Shown piece after piece: positions 43,565 through 53,309 of a DNA stretch of 64,000 nt. This stretch comes from Endomicrobiia bacterium. Lineage in GTDB: Bacteria > Elusimicrobiota > Endomicrobiia > DTEH01. The translations under genes were made by a program, and so were the position numbers. Below the pieces are notes generated by a model that was not told the origin of the DNA, did no database searches, and saw nothing but the letters and a program-made list of their open reading frames with translations. The stretch is taken from assembly GCA_039630545.1 (NCBI GenBank), contig JBCNUU010000002.1:159994-223993 (forward strand), given 5' to 3'. Position 1 is the stretch's first letter, and every line of letters starts with the position of its first letter.

Positions 43565-43648
43565 GCCGTGGTGCTGGAATTGGCAGACAGGTACCGCTCA
43601 GAACGGTATTCCCGTAAGGGAGTGGAGGTTCGAGTCCTCTCCACGGCA
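43565..43648 (+). tRNA. tRNA-Leu (anticodon CAG); 3' CCA not encoded
   Basis: Acceptor GCCGTGG/CCACGGC, anticodon arm TACCG-CTCAGAA-CGGTA, long variable arm, GGTTCGAGTCC. Confidence 0.95.
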
Positions 43649-43708
43649 AGAAGGTATTTCTTAGTGGAAAAGTTTTTTATTAATTTTTAATTTTATAAAC
43701 ATACAAGT

Positions 43709-43740
43709 TAATACATATATTATTTAATACATATATTATT
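43709..43740. repeat. Perfect 16-bp tandem duplication TAATACATATATTATT x2
   Basis: Read directly at 43709-43724 and 43725-43740, just upstream of the SD of the sugar-binding protein gene. Confidence 0.85.
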
Positions 43741-43760
43741 TTTTAGGGAGGTTTGAAAAA

Positions 43761-45176
43761 ATGAAAAAAAATAAATACAAATATGTTGTTTTAAATTTAA
43801 TAGTTTTTCTATGTTTGTTTAGTTGCGGAAAAAAAACAAAAGAAGTTTCTGGTAAAAAGACTATAAACATATGGATAATGCCTAACAGTCCAAAACCAGT
43901 GATAGATTTAGAGGATGTTCTTAGTGAATTTAAAAAAGAAAATCCAGATATAGAGATAGTGATTACTGGAATTGATTGGGGAGCTGCGTGGAGTAAAATA
44001 ACTGTAGCAGCAACAAGTGGTGTGGCTCCTGATATCTGTCAGCTTGGCACTACATGGGTTGGAACAATTGCTTCTATGGGAGCTTTGTTGCCTTTAAATG
44101 AGTATATAGATGAAATAGGAGGACCAAAAGCATTTTTGGAAGCCTCCTGGAATACTTCAGGTATAGAAGGTTCTGGAGTAGTGGTTTCTGTTCCATGGTT
44201 TGTGGATGTAAGGGGAATATATTATAGAAAAGATATATTTGAAAAACTAGGATTGACAAAAAAAGATCTGGATAGTTGGGAATCTTTTGAAGCAACTCTT
44301 AAGAAAATAAAAGATGCAAAAGTAGTTTCTGATAAAGAAGGAAATATTTATATAGGTAAAGAAGCAGAAAATATACTTAAAAAAGATCCTTCTTGTAAAA
44401 TAGTAGAACCTTTAGGTATTCCGGGAAAAAATGATTGGAATGTGATTCATAATTTTGTTCCATGGATATGGTCTGCTGGAGGTGATTTGTTGTCCAAGGA
44501 TAGAACAACAGCAATATTTAATACTCCTCAGGCAATGAAAGGAATTTTATTTTATACAGGTCTTGTAAGAAAAGGTTTAGTTTCTACTAAAACCTTAGAG
44601 TTAAATACAGCACAAGTTTCCACCAACTTTGTAAATGGTGATTATGCAATGTATTTTGACACATCACATATGGTTAAGTATATGAGTATTCCTCAAAGTG
44701 AAGGAGGATTTGCTGAAGGTGTTGCTTCTAAAAATTATGATATTGCTTTGTTCCCAAAAGGTCCTGCAGGAAGATATCACTTCTTTGGTGGAAGTAACTT
44801 AGCAATTTTTAAATATACAAAATACCCAAAAGAAGCCTGGAAAGTTGTTGCTTATCTTTGTTCTAAAGAAGCTCAGATTAAGTATTCCCAAAAAACAGGT
44901 TTTATGCCTGCAAGAAAAGATGCTTTTGATGATCCTTACTTTGATAAAGATCCAAAAAGAAAAATATTTAAAGAAGCTACAAAATATGGTAAATCTTATC
45001 CTTGTATTCCATCATGGGGTCCTATTGAACCAATTCTTACAAGAAGATTAGGAATTCTATGGGATTATGTTGCTGGAGTTTATGGAGAATGCACTGATGA
45101 TATAATAAAGCAACAAGTTGATATGGCTGTTCAAGAAGTAAATTCTGTTCTTAAAACTACAATAAGCAAACAGTAA
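43761..45176 (+). CDS. Carbohydrate ABC transporter solute-binding lipoprotein (SBP family 1)
   Basis: Lipobox LFSC; APDICQLGTTWV, VPWFVDVRGIYYRKD and GGSNLAIF. Confidence 0.9.
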   Translation: MKKNKYKYVVLNLIVFLCLFSCGKKTKEVSGKKTINIWIMPNSPKPVIDLEDVLSEFKKENPDIEIVITGIDWGAAWSKITVAATSGVAPDICQLGTTWVGTIASMGALLPLNEYIDEIGGPKAFLEASWNTSGIEGSGVVVSVPWFVDVRGIYYRKDIFEKLGLTKKDLDSWESFEATLKKIKDAKVVSDKEGNIYIGKEAENILKKDPSCKIVEPLGIPGKNDWNVIHNFVPWIWSAGGDLLSKDRTTAIFNTPQAMKGILFYTGLVRKGLVSTKTLELNTAQVSTNFVNGDYAMYFDTSHMVKYMSIPQSEGGFAEGVASKNYDIALFPKGPAGRYHFFGGSNLAIFKYTKYPKEAWKVVAYLCSKEAQIKYSQKTGFMPARKDAFDDPYFDKDPKRKIFKEATKYGKSYPCIPSWGPIEPILTRRLGILWDYVAGVYGECTDDIIKQQVDMAVQEVNSVLKTTISKQ

Positions 45177-45205
45177 TTTTAACAAAGAAAGGAGTTCTAT
45201 AAATT

Positions 45206-46339
45206 ATGAAAGATGTAGTAGAATTTGTTACTGTTATAGTTCCTATAAAAAATTCTGAGAGGACTTTAATTAAACACTTAGAATCTATTGAAAATGTTGA
45301 CTATCCTAGAGATAAATTTGAGGTAATATATGCAGATGGTGGAAGTAAAGACAGAACTTTAGAAATTTTAAAAGATTGGAAAAACAAAAGATTACCTCAA
45401 ATTATAATAATAGAACTTAACAATTGTAAATCCCCTGGAGAAGCAAGAAATAAAGCTTTAGAAATAGCAAAAGGTAAATACATACTATTTACTGACGCGG
45501 ATTGCGTAGTAAAAAAAGATTGGATAAAACAGATAATTTCTCCATTTGAAAAAGATGAAAAAATTGGCATAGTAGGAGGAGAAATCCATACTCTTACAGT
45601 TGAAGACGGAAACGATATAGAAAAATACCTGGAGTTTATTAAATTTTTAAGTGTGAATGGAAGATGTAATGTGAGACAGGAAGGATATTTTCCAGATATT
45701 AAAAAATATCTACCTCATGAAGTGAATGGAAATATTCACAGTAGTTTCTTTGCCACAGCAAATCTAGCTGTAAAAAAAGAAGCATTGTTAAAAATAGGTA
45801 ATAAATTCTGGGACGAGATAACGGGTGAAGATGTGGATTTTAATATAAGAATAAATAAAGAAGGTTACAAACTATATTATCTTCCTTCAGCTATAGTTTA
45901 TCATATTCACAGAGCAAATTTGACACAGTTTAGAAAACAACTATATGGTTATGGTTATGGTCATCCTCTTCTTATTAAAAAACATGCAAAGCAGGTTCTG
46001 GAAATTTGTATTAATTTGAAAGGGAAATACATTTATCTACCCATACCGTTTTTCATAAAGGGGAATATTTATTTAGGTTCTTTTCATTTTATACATATAT
46101 TTTTGGTTCTTACAATTTTAAGTTTAATTTTTAAATGGAGTGTTCTTTCTACGATAATATTTGCATTCCTTACTTTATTATTTAAATATATTTATTTTGC
46201 TCCGCTTTTAAAGCTAAAACCATTAAGTAAATTTTTTAAGTGGTGTAAAATAAAATATCTTTCCAATTTGTCTTTCATATTAGGAGGTATAAAAGGTTCA
46301 TTTGTTTTTGGTGCTATAGACTTAGAAGACAGCTTTTAA
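45206..46339 (+). CDS. GT2 glycosyltransferase with C-terminal TM helices
   Basis: VTVIVP, DGGSKD, ARN, FTDAD and GEDVD; C-terminal hydrophobic segments. Confidence 0.88.
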   Translation: MKDVVEFVTVIVPIKNSERTLIKHLESIENVDYPRDKFEVIYADGGSKDRTLEILKDWKNKRLPQIIIIELNNCKSPGEARNKALEIAKGKYILFTDADCVVKKDWIKQIISPFEKDEKIGIVGGEIHTLTVEDGNDIEKYLEFIKFLSVNGRCNVRQEGYFPDIKKYLPHEVNGNIHSSFFATANLAVKKEALLKIGNKFWDEITGEDVDFNIRINKEGYKLYYLPSAIVYHIHRANLTQFRKQLYGYGYGHPLLIKKHAKQVLEICINLKGKYIYLPIPFFIKGNIYLGSFHFIHIFLVLTILSLIFKWSVLSTIIFAFLTLLFKYIYFAPLLKLKPLSKFFKWCKIKYLSNLSFILGGIKGSFVFGAIDLEDSF

Positions 46340-46371
46340 ACTTCTAATGCTAAAAGAAAGGGACTATAGTT

Positions 46372-48732
46372 ATGAAAATAAAAAAGAAAAAAGACAAAGA
46401 TTTTTATTTTGACAACGAAAATAAAGAATTTATTATTAATAACCCTCAAACACCAACCCCATGGCTTAATTATTTAGGTATAGATGAGTATTGTGCTATG
46501 ATTTCTAATAATGCTGGTGGATATAGTTTTTATAAATCGCCAAAAAGTTATAGAATTTTAAGATACAGGTATAACAACATTACAATGGATCGTCCTGGTA
46601 GATACATTTACATTAAAGAAAAAAAAGATATATGGTCGACATCTTGGCAGCCAATAAAATCAGACTTAAGAAAATATAGATACACAACCATTCATGGCTT
46701 AAGTTATACAAAAATAATATGCGAACATAATTTTATAAAGTCAGAAGTTTTATATTTTGTTCCTCTCGGTGAGAATTTAGAATTATGGGTTTTGACTTTA
46801 GAAAATCTATCAAATAAGTTAAGAACTTTAGATATATTTTCATATGCGGAGTTTTGTTTGTTTGATGCAATGGGTGATCTTACTGATCTTCAATATATTC
46901 AAAATGTTGCCAGGACCAAAATAAATAAAGAAGGAATAATTGAACATTATTGTTTGTTTGCTGGGGGTGAAATAAAAAATGCTTATGCTTTTACTACAGA
47001 AAAATTCTTAGGATACGAAACAGACAGAGAAAAGTTTATAGGTTACCACAATGATGAATCTTCTCCATTAGCAGTTATATCAGGAAAATGTAGCAATTCT
47101 TTGATTTCCGGTGGCAATCCTTGTGCTTGTTATCATTTAAGAGTTTCTTTGAATAAAAAAGAAGCTAAAAAAATTGTTTTTGCTGTAGGAGTTGGTTCTG
47201 CAGATGTGGAAGGAAAAAGATATAAAGAGAAATATTCAAATATTAAAAATGTAGAAGAAGAGTTTAAAAAACTTAAAAACTACTGGGAAAGTGTTCTTGG
47301 TAAATTACAGGTAAAAACTCCCGATAAGAATTTTGACACGGTTGTAAATATATGGTTGCCTTACCAATGTCATACTACTTTTAAATGGTCAAGATCTGCT
47401 TCTTACTATGAAACAGGTACTCATAGAGATGGTTTAGGTTATAGAGACAGCAATCAAGATGTTTTTTCTGTAATTCATGCAGAATCTCAAAGAGTAAGAA
47501 AAAGAATTCTTGATTTAGCCTCTGCTGTGTATAAAGAAGGATATGCATGTCATACATTTCAGCCAATAACCAATACAGGTACAGGAGGAACAGATTATTC
47601 CGATGATCATTTGTGGTTGGTTTTATCTACTACTGCTTATATAAAAGAAACTGGTGATTTTAAAATTTTAGAAGAAGAAGTCGGATATTTTGATGGTGGT
47701 AAAGGAAGCTTGTTTGAACATCTTGAGAGAGTGTTGCAATATGGATTAAAGATGAGAGGGAAACACGGATTATCTTTAGCTTTAAGAGCGGACTGGAATG
47801 ATTGTTTAAATATGAAAGAAGGGGGAGAAAGTGTCTGGACTACAGAACTTCTTTATAAAGCATTAAAAGAGTTCGTTGAATTGTGTGAGTATTTGGGTAA
47901 AAAAGATTTAGTTGCTACTTATAGTAACCATATGAAAGAAGTAAAAGAAGCTTTTGACAAATATTGTTGGGATGGGGAATGGTATCTTTGTGCTTATACA
48001 AATGAAGGAAGAAAAATAGGAACTAAAAACGAGAAATACTGCAAAATTTATTTAAACACAAATACCTGGGCTGTTATAAGTGGTATAGGTGATGAAGACA
48101 AAAATAAAAAAGCACTAGAAAGTGTTAATAAATATCTTTTCACAAAATATGGTTTGAAGTTATTTTCTCCATGTTATCAAGAATTTGATAAAGATGTTGG
48201 TGCTATGAGTTCTTTTCCTGCTGGTTTAAAAGAAAATGGAAGTATTTTTTGTCATGCTAATACTTGGGCGATAATAAGTGAATGTATGCTCGGAAATTCT
48301 GAAGTAAGTTATAAATATTTTGATGCTTTAAATCCAATTCATAGATTAAAGAATATTAATATTCATAAAGTAGAACCATATGTTTACTGTCAAATGATTG
48401 CTTCAGATGAGCATCCAGAGTTTGGTCTTGGAAGAAACTCCTGGCTTACAGGAACCGCATCATGGATGTATGTTGCTGCTACTCAATATATTCTTGGTAT
48501 AGTTCCTACATATGAAGGATTATTGATAAAGCCATGTATTCCTTTAAAATGGAAAAAAATAAAAGTTAAAAGAGAATTTAGAGGATGTGTGTTTCACATA
48601 GAGATTGAAAGGGTTGCTAATAATAACGAAATAAAAGAAATTTTTGTAAATGATAGAAAAATAAATTCAAATATTATAAAAATTGACAAAGATTACAATT
48701 TTTATAATGTAAAAGTTGTATTAGGTAAGTAA
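46372..48732 (+). CDS. GH94 glycoside phosphorylase (cellobiose/cellodextrin/chitobiose phosphorylase family)
   Basis: PWLNYLG, RSASYYE, GYRDSNQD, DWNDCL, KENGSIFCH and NSWLTGTASW. Confidence 0.93.
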   Translation: MKIKKKKDKDFYFDNENKEFIINNPQTPTPWLNYLGIDEYCAMISNNAGGYSFYKSPKSYRILRYRYNNITMDRPGRYIYIKEKKDIWSTSWQPIKSDLRKYRYTTIHGLSYTKIICEHNFIKSEVLYFVPLGENLELWVLTLENLSNKLRTLDIFSYAEFCLFDAMGDLTDLQYIQNVARTKINKEGIIEHYCLFAGGEIKNAYAFTTEKFLGYETDREKFIGYHNDESSPLAVISGKCSNSLISGGNPCACYHLRVSLNKKEAKKIVFAVGVGSADVEGKRYKEKYSNIKNVEEEFKKLKNYWESVLGKLQVKTPDKNFDTVVNIWLPYQCHTTFKWSRSASYYETGTHRDGLGYRDSNQDVFSVIHAESQRVRKRILDLASAVYKEGYACHTFQPITNTGTGGTDYSDDHLWLVLSTTAYIKETGDFKILEEEVGYFDGGKGSLFEHLERVLQYGLKMRGKHGLSLALRADWNDCLNMKEGGESVWTTELLYKALKEFVELCEYLGKKDLVATYSNHMKEVKEAFDKYCWDGEWYLCAYTNEGRKIGTKNEKYCKIYLNTNTWAVISGIGDEDKNKKALESVNKYLFTKYGLKLFSPCYQEFDKDVGAMSSFPAGLKENGSIFCHANTWAIISECMLGNSEVSYKYFDALNPIHRLKNINIHKVEPYVYCQMIASDEHPEFGLGRNSWLTGTASWMYVAATQYILGIVPTYEGLLIKPCIPLKWKKIKVKREFRGCVFHIEIERVANNNEIKEIFVNDRKINSNIIKIDKDYNFYNVKVVLGK

Positions 48733-48734
48733 AA

Positions 48735-49664
48735 ATGAAAATAAAATCTACTGTTGAAGAAATAAAACAGAAAAGTTATGCATATATGTTTATCTTGCCA
48801 ATGGTGCTTGGAATGCTTATCATACATTTTATACCTATGATAATAGGTATAATAATGAGTTTTTTAGATTTAAATCAATATACATTAGCCCAATATTTAT
48901 CAGCTCCATTTGTGGGTTTAAAAAATTACTTTGATGTTCTTTTTAATCCTAAAAGTACTATAAGAATAGGTTTATTACAAGCAGTTAGAAACACTATCAT
49001 TTATACGATTGGAGTTACTTTAGGTACTTTAACAATAGGTATGATAGTAGCTTTGATGTTAAACAAAAACTTCATAGGGAGAAGATTAATAAGGACATTA
49101 TTTTTGTTTCCATGGATAGTTCCTACTTATGTTACTGGGCTTCTTTGGGCATTTATATGGAATCATGAAATAGGCGTAGTTAACTATGTTTTAACAAAGG
49201 TGTTACGTATTGTTGAAAAACCACCGTTTTGGCTTATGGGCCCAAATACTTTGTGGGCTATTATAGTACCAACTGTATGGAGATTCTGGCCATTTTCAAT
49301 GCTTATGCTTTTAGCAGGACTTCAGACAATTCCAGATGAGTTATATGAATCGGCTTCAATTGATGGGGCAAATGAGTGGCAGAAGTTTTGGTATATTACC
49401 CTTCCTTCACTTAAACCTGTTTGGTCTACTTTGCTTCTTGTGAGTATTATTACAAATGTTTATTCTTTTAATATCGTAATAATGATGTTTGGACATGGTG
49501 CTGGTTTTCCTGGAGAGTGGGGAGATCTTCTTATGACGAATATATTTAGAAATTCATTTCAATTATGGCAATACAGTAAAGGAGCTGCTGCTTCTATTGT
49601 TTTGATGATAATGATGATAGGAGTAGTAGCTATCTGGTATAAATTATTCAGGGAGAAATGGTAA
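48735..49664 (+). CDS. Carbohydrate ABC permease (MalF-like)
   Basis: FVGLKNY; EAA loop LYESASIDGA..WQKFWYITLP. Confidence 0.92.
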   Translation: MKIKSTVEEIKQKSYAYMFILPMVLGMLIIHFIPMIIGIIMSFLDLNQYTLAQYLSAPFVGLKNYFDVLFNPKSTIRIGLLQAVRNTIIYTIGVTLGTLTIGMIVALMLNKNFIGRRLIRTLFLFPWIVPTYVTGLLWAFIWNHEIGVVNYVLTKVLRIVEKPPFWLMGPNTLWAIIVPTVWRFWPFSMLMLLAGLQTIPDELYESASIDGANEWQKFWYITLPSLKPVWSTLLLVSIITNVYSFNIVIMMFGHGAGFPGEWGDLLMTNIFRNSFQLWQYSKGAAASIVLMIMMIGVVAIWYKLFREKW

Positions 49665-50506
49665 TGAAAAAGTTGTCCCAGAGTTTTCTTTTTTATTTTC
49701 TTCTTTTGACAATTTTGATAGGAACATTGTTTCCAATATATTGGATGATTATAAATTCTTTTAAAGATAACACTGAAATTTTAACAGGAAAAAGTTTGTT
49801 TTGGCCATCAAGATGGAGGATAGAAAATTACAGAGATATGTGGAAAAATATTAATTTTGGTTTGTATTTAAGAAACAGTTTTATAGTTTGTGGTAGTACT
49901 ATGATAATAGCAATGGTTTTAGCAACATTGGCAGCATATAGCTTAAGTAGATTTAAATTTCCTGGGAAAAGAATTATAAATGATTCAATTCTTGCTACAC
50001 AGATGATTCCAGGGATAATGTTTTTGATACCAATTTATTTAATGTTTGTTAGATTTCATTCGTTAACTAATATTCAACTAATAGGGACATTTCCAGGTTT
50101 AATATTTGTTTATTCTACATTTTTTGTTCCGTTTAGTGTGTGGATTTTACAGGGATTTTTTGCAGCAATACCATATGAGATAGAAGAAGCTGCTTTGATA
50201 GACGGATGCAGTAGACTTCAAATTTTTTTAAAGATAGTACTACCTTTAGCAGCACCAGGAATTACTGCTACAGGGATTTATATCTTTCTTACTGCTTGGG
50301 ACGAACTTATGTTTGCTTGGGTTTTAACCCAAGCAGACACAATTACCATTCCTGTAGGAATAAGGCTCTTTGTAGGCAATTACCAGAACAGATACGATCT
50401 CATGATGGCAGCTTCTACAGTAGCAACCTTACCTGTTATTATATTATTTTTCGCAATGCAAAAACACATTATAAAAGGTCTTACTGCAGGTGCTGTAAAA
50501 GGATAA
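49658..50506 (+). CDS. Carbohydrate ABC permease (MalG-like)
   Basis: EIEEAALIDGC and GLTAGAVKG C-terminus. Confidence 0.93.
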   Translation: MVMKKLSQSFLFYFLLLTILIGTLFPIYWMIINSFKDNTEILTGKSLFWPSRWRIENYRDMWKNINFGLYLRNSFIVCGSTMIIAMVLATLAAYSLSRFKFPGKRIINDSILATQMIPGIMFLIPIYLMFVRFHSLTNIQLIGTFPGLIFVYSTFFVPFSVWILQGFFAAIPYEIEEAALIDGCSRLQIFLKIVLPLAAPGITATGIYIFLTAWDELMFAWVLTQADTITIPVGIRLFVGNYQNRYDLMMAASTVATLPVIILFFAMQKHIIKGLTAGAVKG

Positions 50507-50528
50507 TATATAATTTTGTTTCCTGTTC

Positions 50529-51944
50529 ATGAAAGATTTTTTGTTTTTTCTACTAAGACTTTTTGTTTACTTACTTGTAGCGTTATCTATCTGGTGGATT
50601 ATAAAATATCCTCAATATGTAATTATCATATTTTTGATTTTTCATATAGCAGTTTTACTTGCTTATTTAGCGAATGACAAAGAAATTCAGATTTTTGTTG
50701 TACTGTCTTCTATCTTTATAGCAGGTTCTATTGTTCTTCTTCATAATTTTCAACCTAAATATAATGTTTTAATAGATAAGATAATAATAATCATTGAAAC
50801 TGCATTTATAATAGGCAGTTTTCTTTTTTTACAGAAAAAAAGTTGGGCATTGGAAGTTTACTCTACAAATTTTATAGAGAAGATAGAAAATTTTGAAAGA
50901 GAAATTTCTGAAATATCCGATAATATAAAAGAGATACAGAATAAGATTTCTAATATTAATGAGATAAAAAATAACTTTAAAATTTTAGAAGAAATGATCA
51001 CAACTTTAAGTTCAGTATCTTCTATTTCAGTAATTAAAAATTATGTCGTTAATCTAATTCACAAACTATTACCTGGTGTACATATAAATTTGTATCTTTC
51101 TTCTAAGGAAGTTCCTGAAAATACGTTAGAAGAAGAAATTGTAAAATATATTAATACAACTAATAAATATTTTTTTTCAAACGATGTTAGCTTTCTTCTA
51201 AATAAGTTTAAAACAAACTATTTATATTTTACTTCTTCTGAAATAAAAGCAATATTAGGATTTCCTATTAAAATTTACACTGGAAATGTTGAATCAACTG
51301 GATATTTTATATTTATTTCTCCAAATAAAATTACAGAAGAAAATTTAAGATTATTATCAATCTTTTCGAGTTATTTAGGAATAACTATATCTAATATAAA
51401 ATTAATAGAATATACTCAAAATCTAGCAATAACAGATACACTTACAGGTCTTTATGTACATAAATATTTTAAAGAGTTATTGGAAGAAGAAATTAATAGA
51501 ACTAAATATTATAACAGAATTTTCAGTTTAGCGATGTTTGATATAGATAATTTTAAACAAATAAATGACACCTATGGTCACAATGTGGGAGATATGGTGT
51601 TATTAAAATTTGCAGAAGTGTTAAGAAAAAGGTTAAGAGAAGTTGATAAAATTTTTAGATATGGAGGCGATGAATTTGCTATAATCTTTCCTGATACTAA
51701 TGTTTCTAATGCATTAAAGATATGTGAAGAAATAAGAAATATAGTATTAAATGAAGTTATCGTTATAGGAAATGTTTTAGAAAGTAATATATCTTCTTTA
51801 AACAGGATTAAATTTACAGTTTCTGGTGGTGTAATGGAGTATGACAAAGAATATGACTTAGAAACATTTATAAATATGGTAGATAAACTTCTTTACAAAT
51901 CAAAAACTTCTGGAAAAAATAAAATAACATGCCCAAAGAAATAA
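50529..51944 (+). CDS. Membrane-anchored diguanylate cyclase (GGDEF, RxxD I-site)
   Basis: N-terminal TMs and coiled coil; DTLTGLY, DIDNFK, REVD...RYGGDEF. Confidence 0.92.
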   Translation: MKDFLFFLLRLFVYLLVALSIWWIIKYPQYVIIIFLIFHIAVLLAYLANDKEIQIFVVLSSIFIAGSIVLLHNFQPKYNVLIDKIIIIIETAFIIGSFLFLQKKSWALEVYSTNFIEKIENFEREISEISDNIKEIQNKISNINEIKNNFKILEEMITTLSSVSSISVIKNYVVNLIHKLLPGVHINLYLSSKEVPENTLEEEIVKYINTTNKYFFSNDVSFLLNKFKTNYLYFTSSEIKAILGFPIKIYTGNVESTGYFIFISPNKITEENLRLLSIFSSYLGITISNIKLIEYTQNLAITDTLTGLYVHKYFKELLEEEINRTKYYNRIFSLAMFDIDNFKQINDTYGHNVGDMVLLKFAEVLRKRLREVDKIFRYGGDEFAIIFPDTNVSNALKICEEIRNIVLNEVIVIGNVLESNISSLNRIKFTVSGGVMEYDKEYDLETFINMVDKLLYKSKTSGKNKITCPKK

Positions 51945-53179
51945 TTTTTAGTATTTTAATAATGATATCCTACAGTGTTATAGAGTTTATGTTTAAGTTT
52001 TTGATTTCTAAATATAAATATGAAATTATTTATGTCGTCTCTTTGATATTTTTATTTATCTTATACCTAAGCACACCTGTAAAAGAGTTTTTTATTTTTT
52101 CTTTGTTGATAATATTGGTTACTATTCTTTATAATTTAAATGAAGAAAATAGAAAACAGAAAATAGAAAATAATTATCTTCCACAAATAAAAAGTTTGGA
52201 GGAAAAATTAAATGAATACTGTAAGAAAAAACAGGAGATATCTTCACAATGGGAAAATTTAGAAAAAGAAATGAGAAATATTTTTAATATGTTTTATTTA
52301 GTTGAAGAAATAAATAAAAATTTAAGTGTAGAAAAAATAATAAAAGAGGTATATGATGCAATAAAGGACACATATCCCAACTTAATAAAATATATTGGAT
52401 TGATAAAAGGTTCGAAAAGAGAGATAACATCTATTGTCGAATATCCTCAACCTAGGAGATATATCAGTGAGTTAGCACTTTTTAATGTCAGAAAAGATAT
52501 AATAGTATTTGGTGAGTTTAATATTTATGTTTTTGATTTTGCATTTAATGGTGAAGAGTTGAAAATTTTAGTGGAGTATCAACCTGTAGAGTTAGATGTG
52601 GAATTTTTAGGATTTATTGATTTTATTTTTTCAAAGATAAAGTTAACTTTAAAACGAGCATTGCTTTTTAAGGAAATAGAGGAACTTTCAAGGATAGATG
52701 GTTTAACTTCTTTATATTTGAGAAGATATATACTAAAAAAATTACAGGAAGAAACTATTAGGTCATATAGATATAATACAGTGTATTCTCTTCTTATGAT
52801 TGATATAGATTTCTTTAAAAAAGTAAATGATACATATGGACATCTTGTAGGAGATAAAGTTTTAGTTGAACTATCCAGAATATTGAAAGAATATATAGGG
52901 GGAAAAGGTTTAATTTCAAGATGGGGAGGCGAGGAGTTTTTGGTTTTGCTTCCCTATACAGAAAAAAAAGAAGCTCATTTAATTGCTGAAAATTTAAGAA
53001 AAATAGTGGAAGAAACAAAATTTTGTATGGATGATGTTAGTTTAAATATTACAGTTAGTATAGGAGTAAGTTGCTTCCCTCAAGATGGTGTAGACTACAA
53101 TCAAGTAATTACTGTAGCTGATGGGATGTTGTATGAAGCTAAAAAATCTGGAAGAAATAAAGTAATAAGTAGTAGATAA
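51929..53179 (+). CDS. Membrane-anchored diguanylate cyclase (GGEEF, no RxxD)
   Basis: N-terminal TMs; DGLTSLY, DIDFFKKVNDTYGH and RWGGEEF. Confidence 0.92.
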   Translation: MPKEIIFSILIMISYSVIEFMFKFLISKYKYEIIYVVSLIFLFILYLSTPVKEFFIFSLLIILVTILYNLNEENRKQKIENNYLPQIKSLEEKLNEYCKKKQEISSQWENLEKEMRNIFNMFYLVEEINKNLSVEKIIKEVYDAIKDTYPNLIKYIGLIKGSKREITSIVEYPQPRRYISELALFNVRKDIIVFGEFNIYVFDFAFNGEELKILVEYQPVELDVEFLGFIDFIFSKIKLTLKRALLFKEIEELSRIDGLTSLYLRRYILKKLQEETIRSYRYNTVYSLLMIDIDFFKKVNDTYGHLVGDKVLVELSRILKEYIGGKGLISRWGGEEFLVLLPYTEKKEAHLIAENLRKIVEETKFCMDDVSLNITVSIGVSCFPQDGVDYNQVITVADGMLYEAKKSGRNKVISSR

Positions 53180-53234
53180 AATACATCTCTTTTATTTTTT
53201 CTTATTTAAGTTTACCCTAAAATTTACATAACTA

Positions 53235-53263
53235 TTGACATGCTAATTTTTTATTTATATAAT
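53235..53263 (+). promoter_or_regulatory. Consensus sigma70 promoter of the GH9 cluster
   Basis: TTGACA (53235-53240), 17-nt spacer, TATAAT (53258-53263); SD GGAG before the ATG at 53310. Confidence 0.8.
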
Positions 53264-53309
53264 TATTAATACAGGTAATAACAAGTTTAAATAATGGAGA
53301 AAAATAAAA

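Noticed and set aside
43700..43745. CRISPR array
   Set aside because: Only two adjacent 16-bp copies with no spacers and no cas genes.
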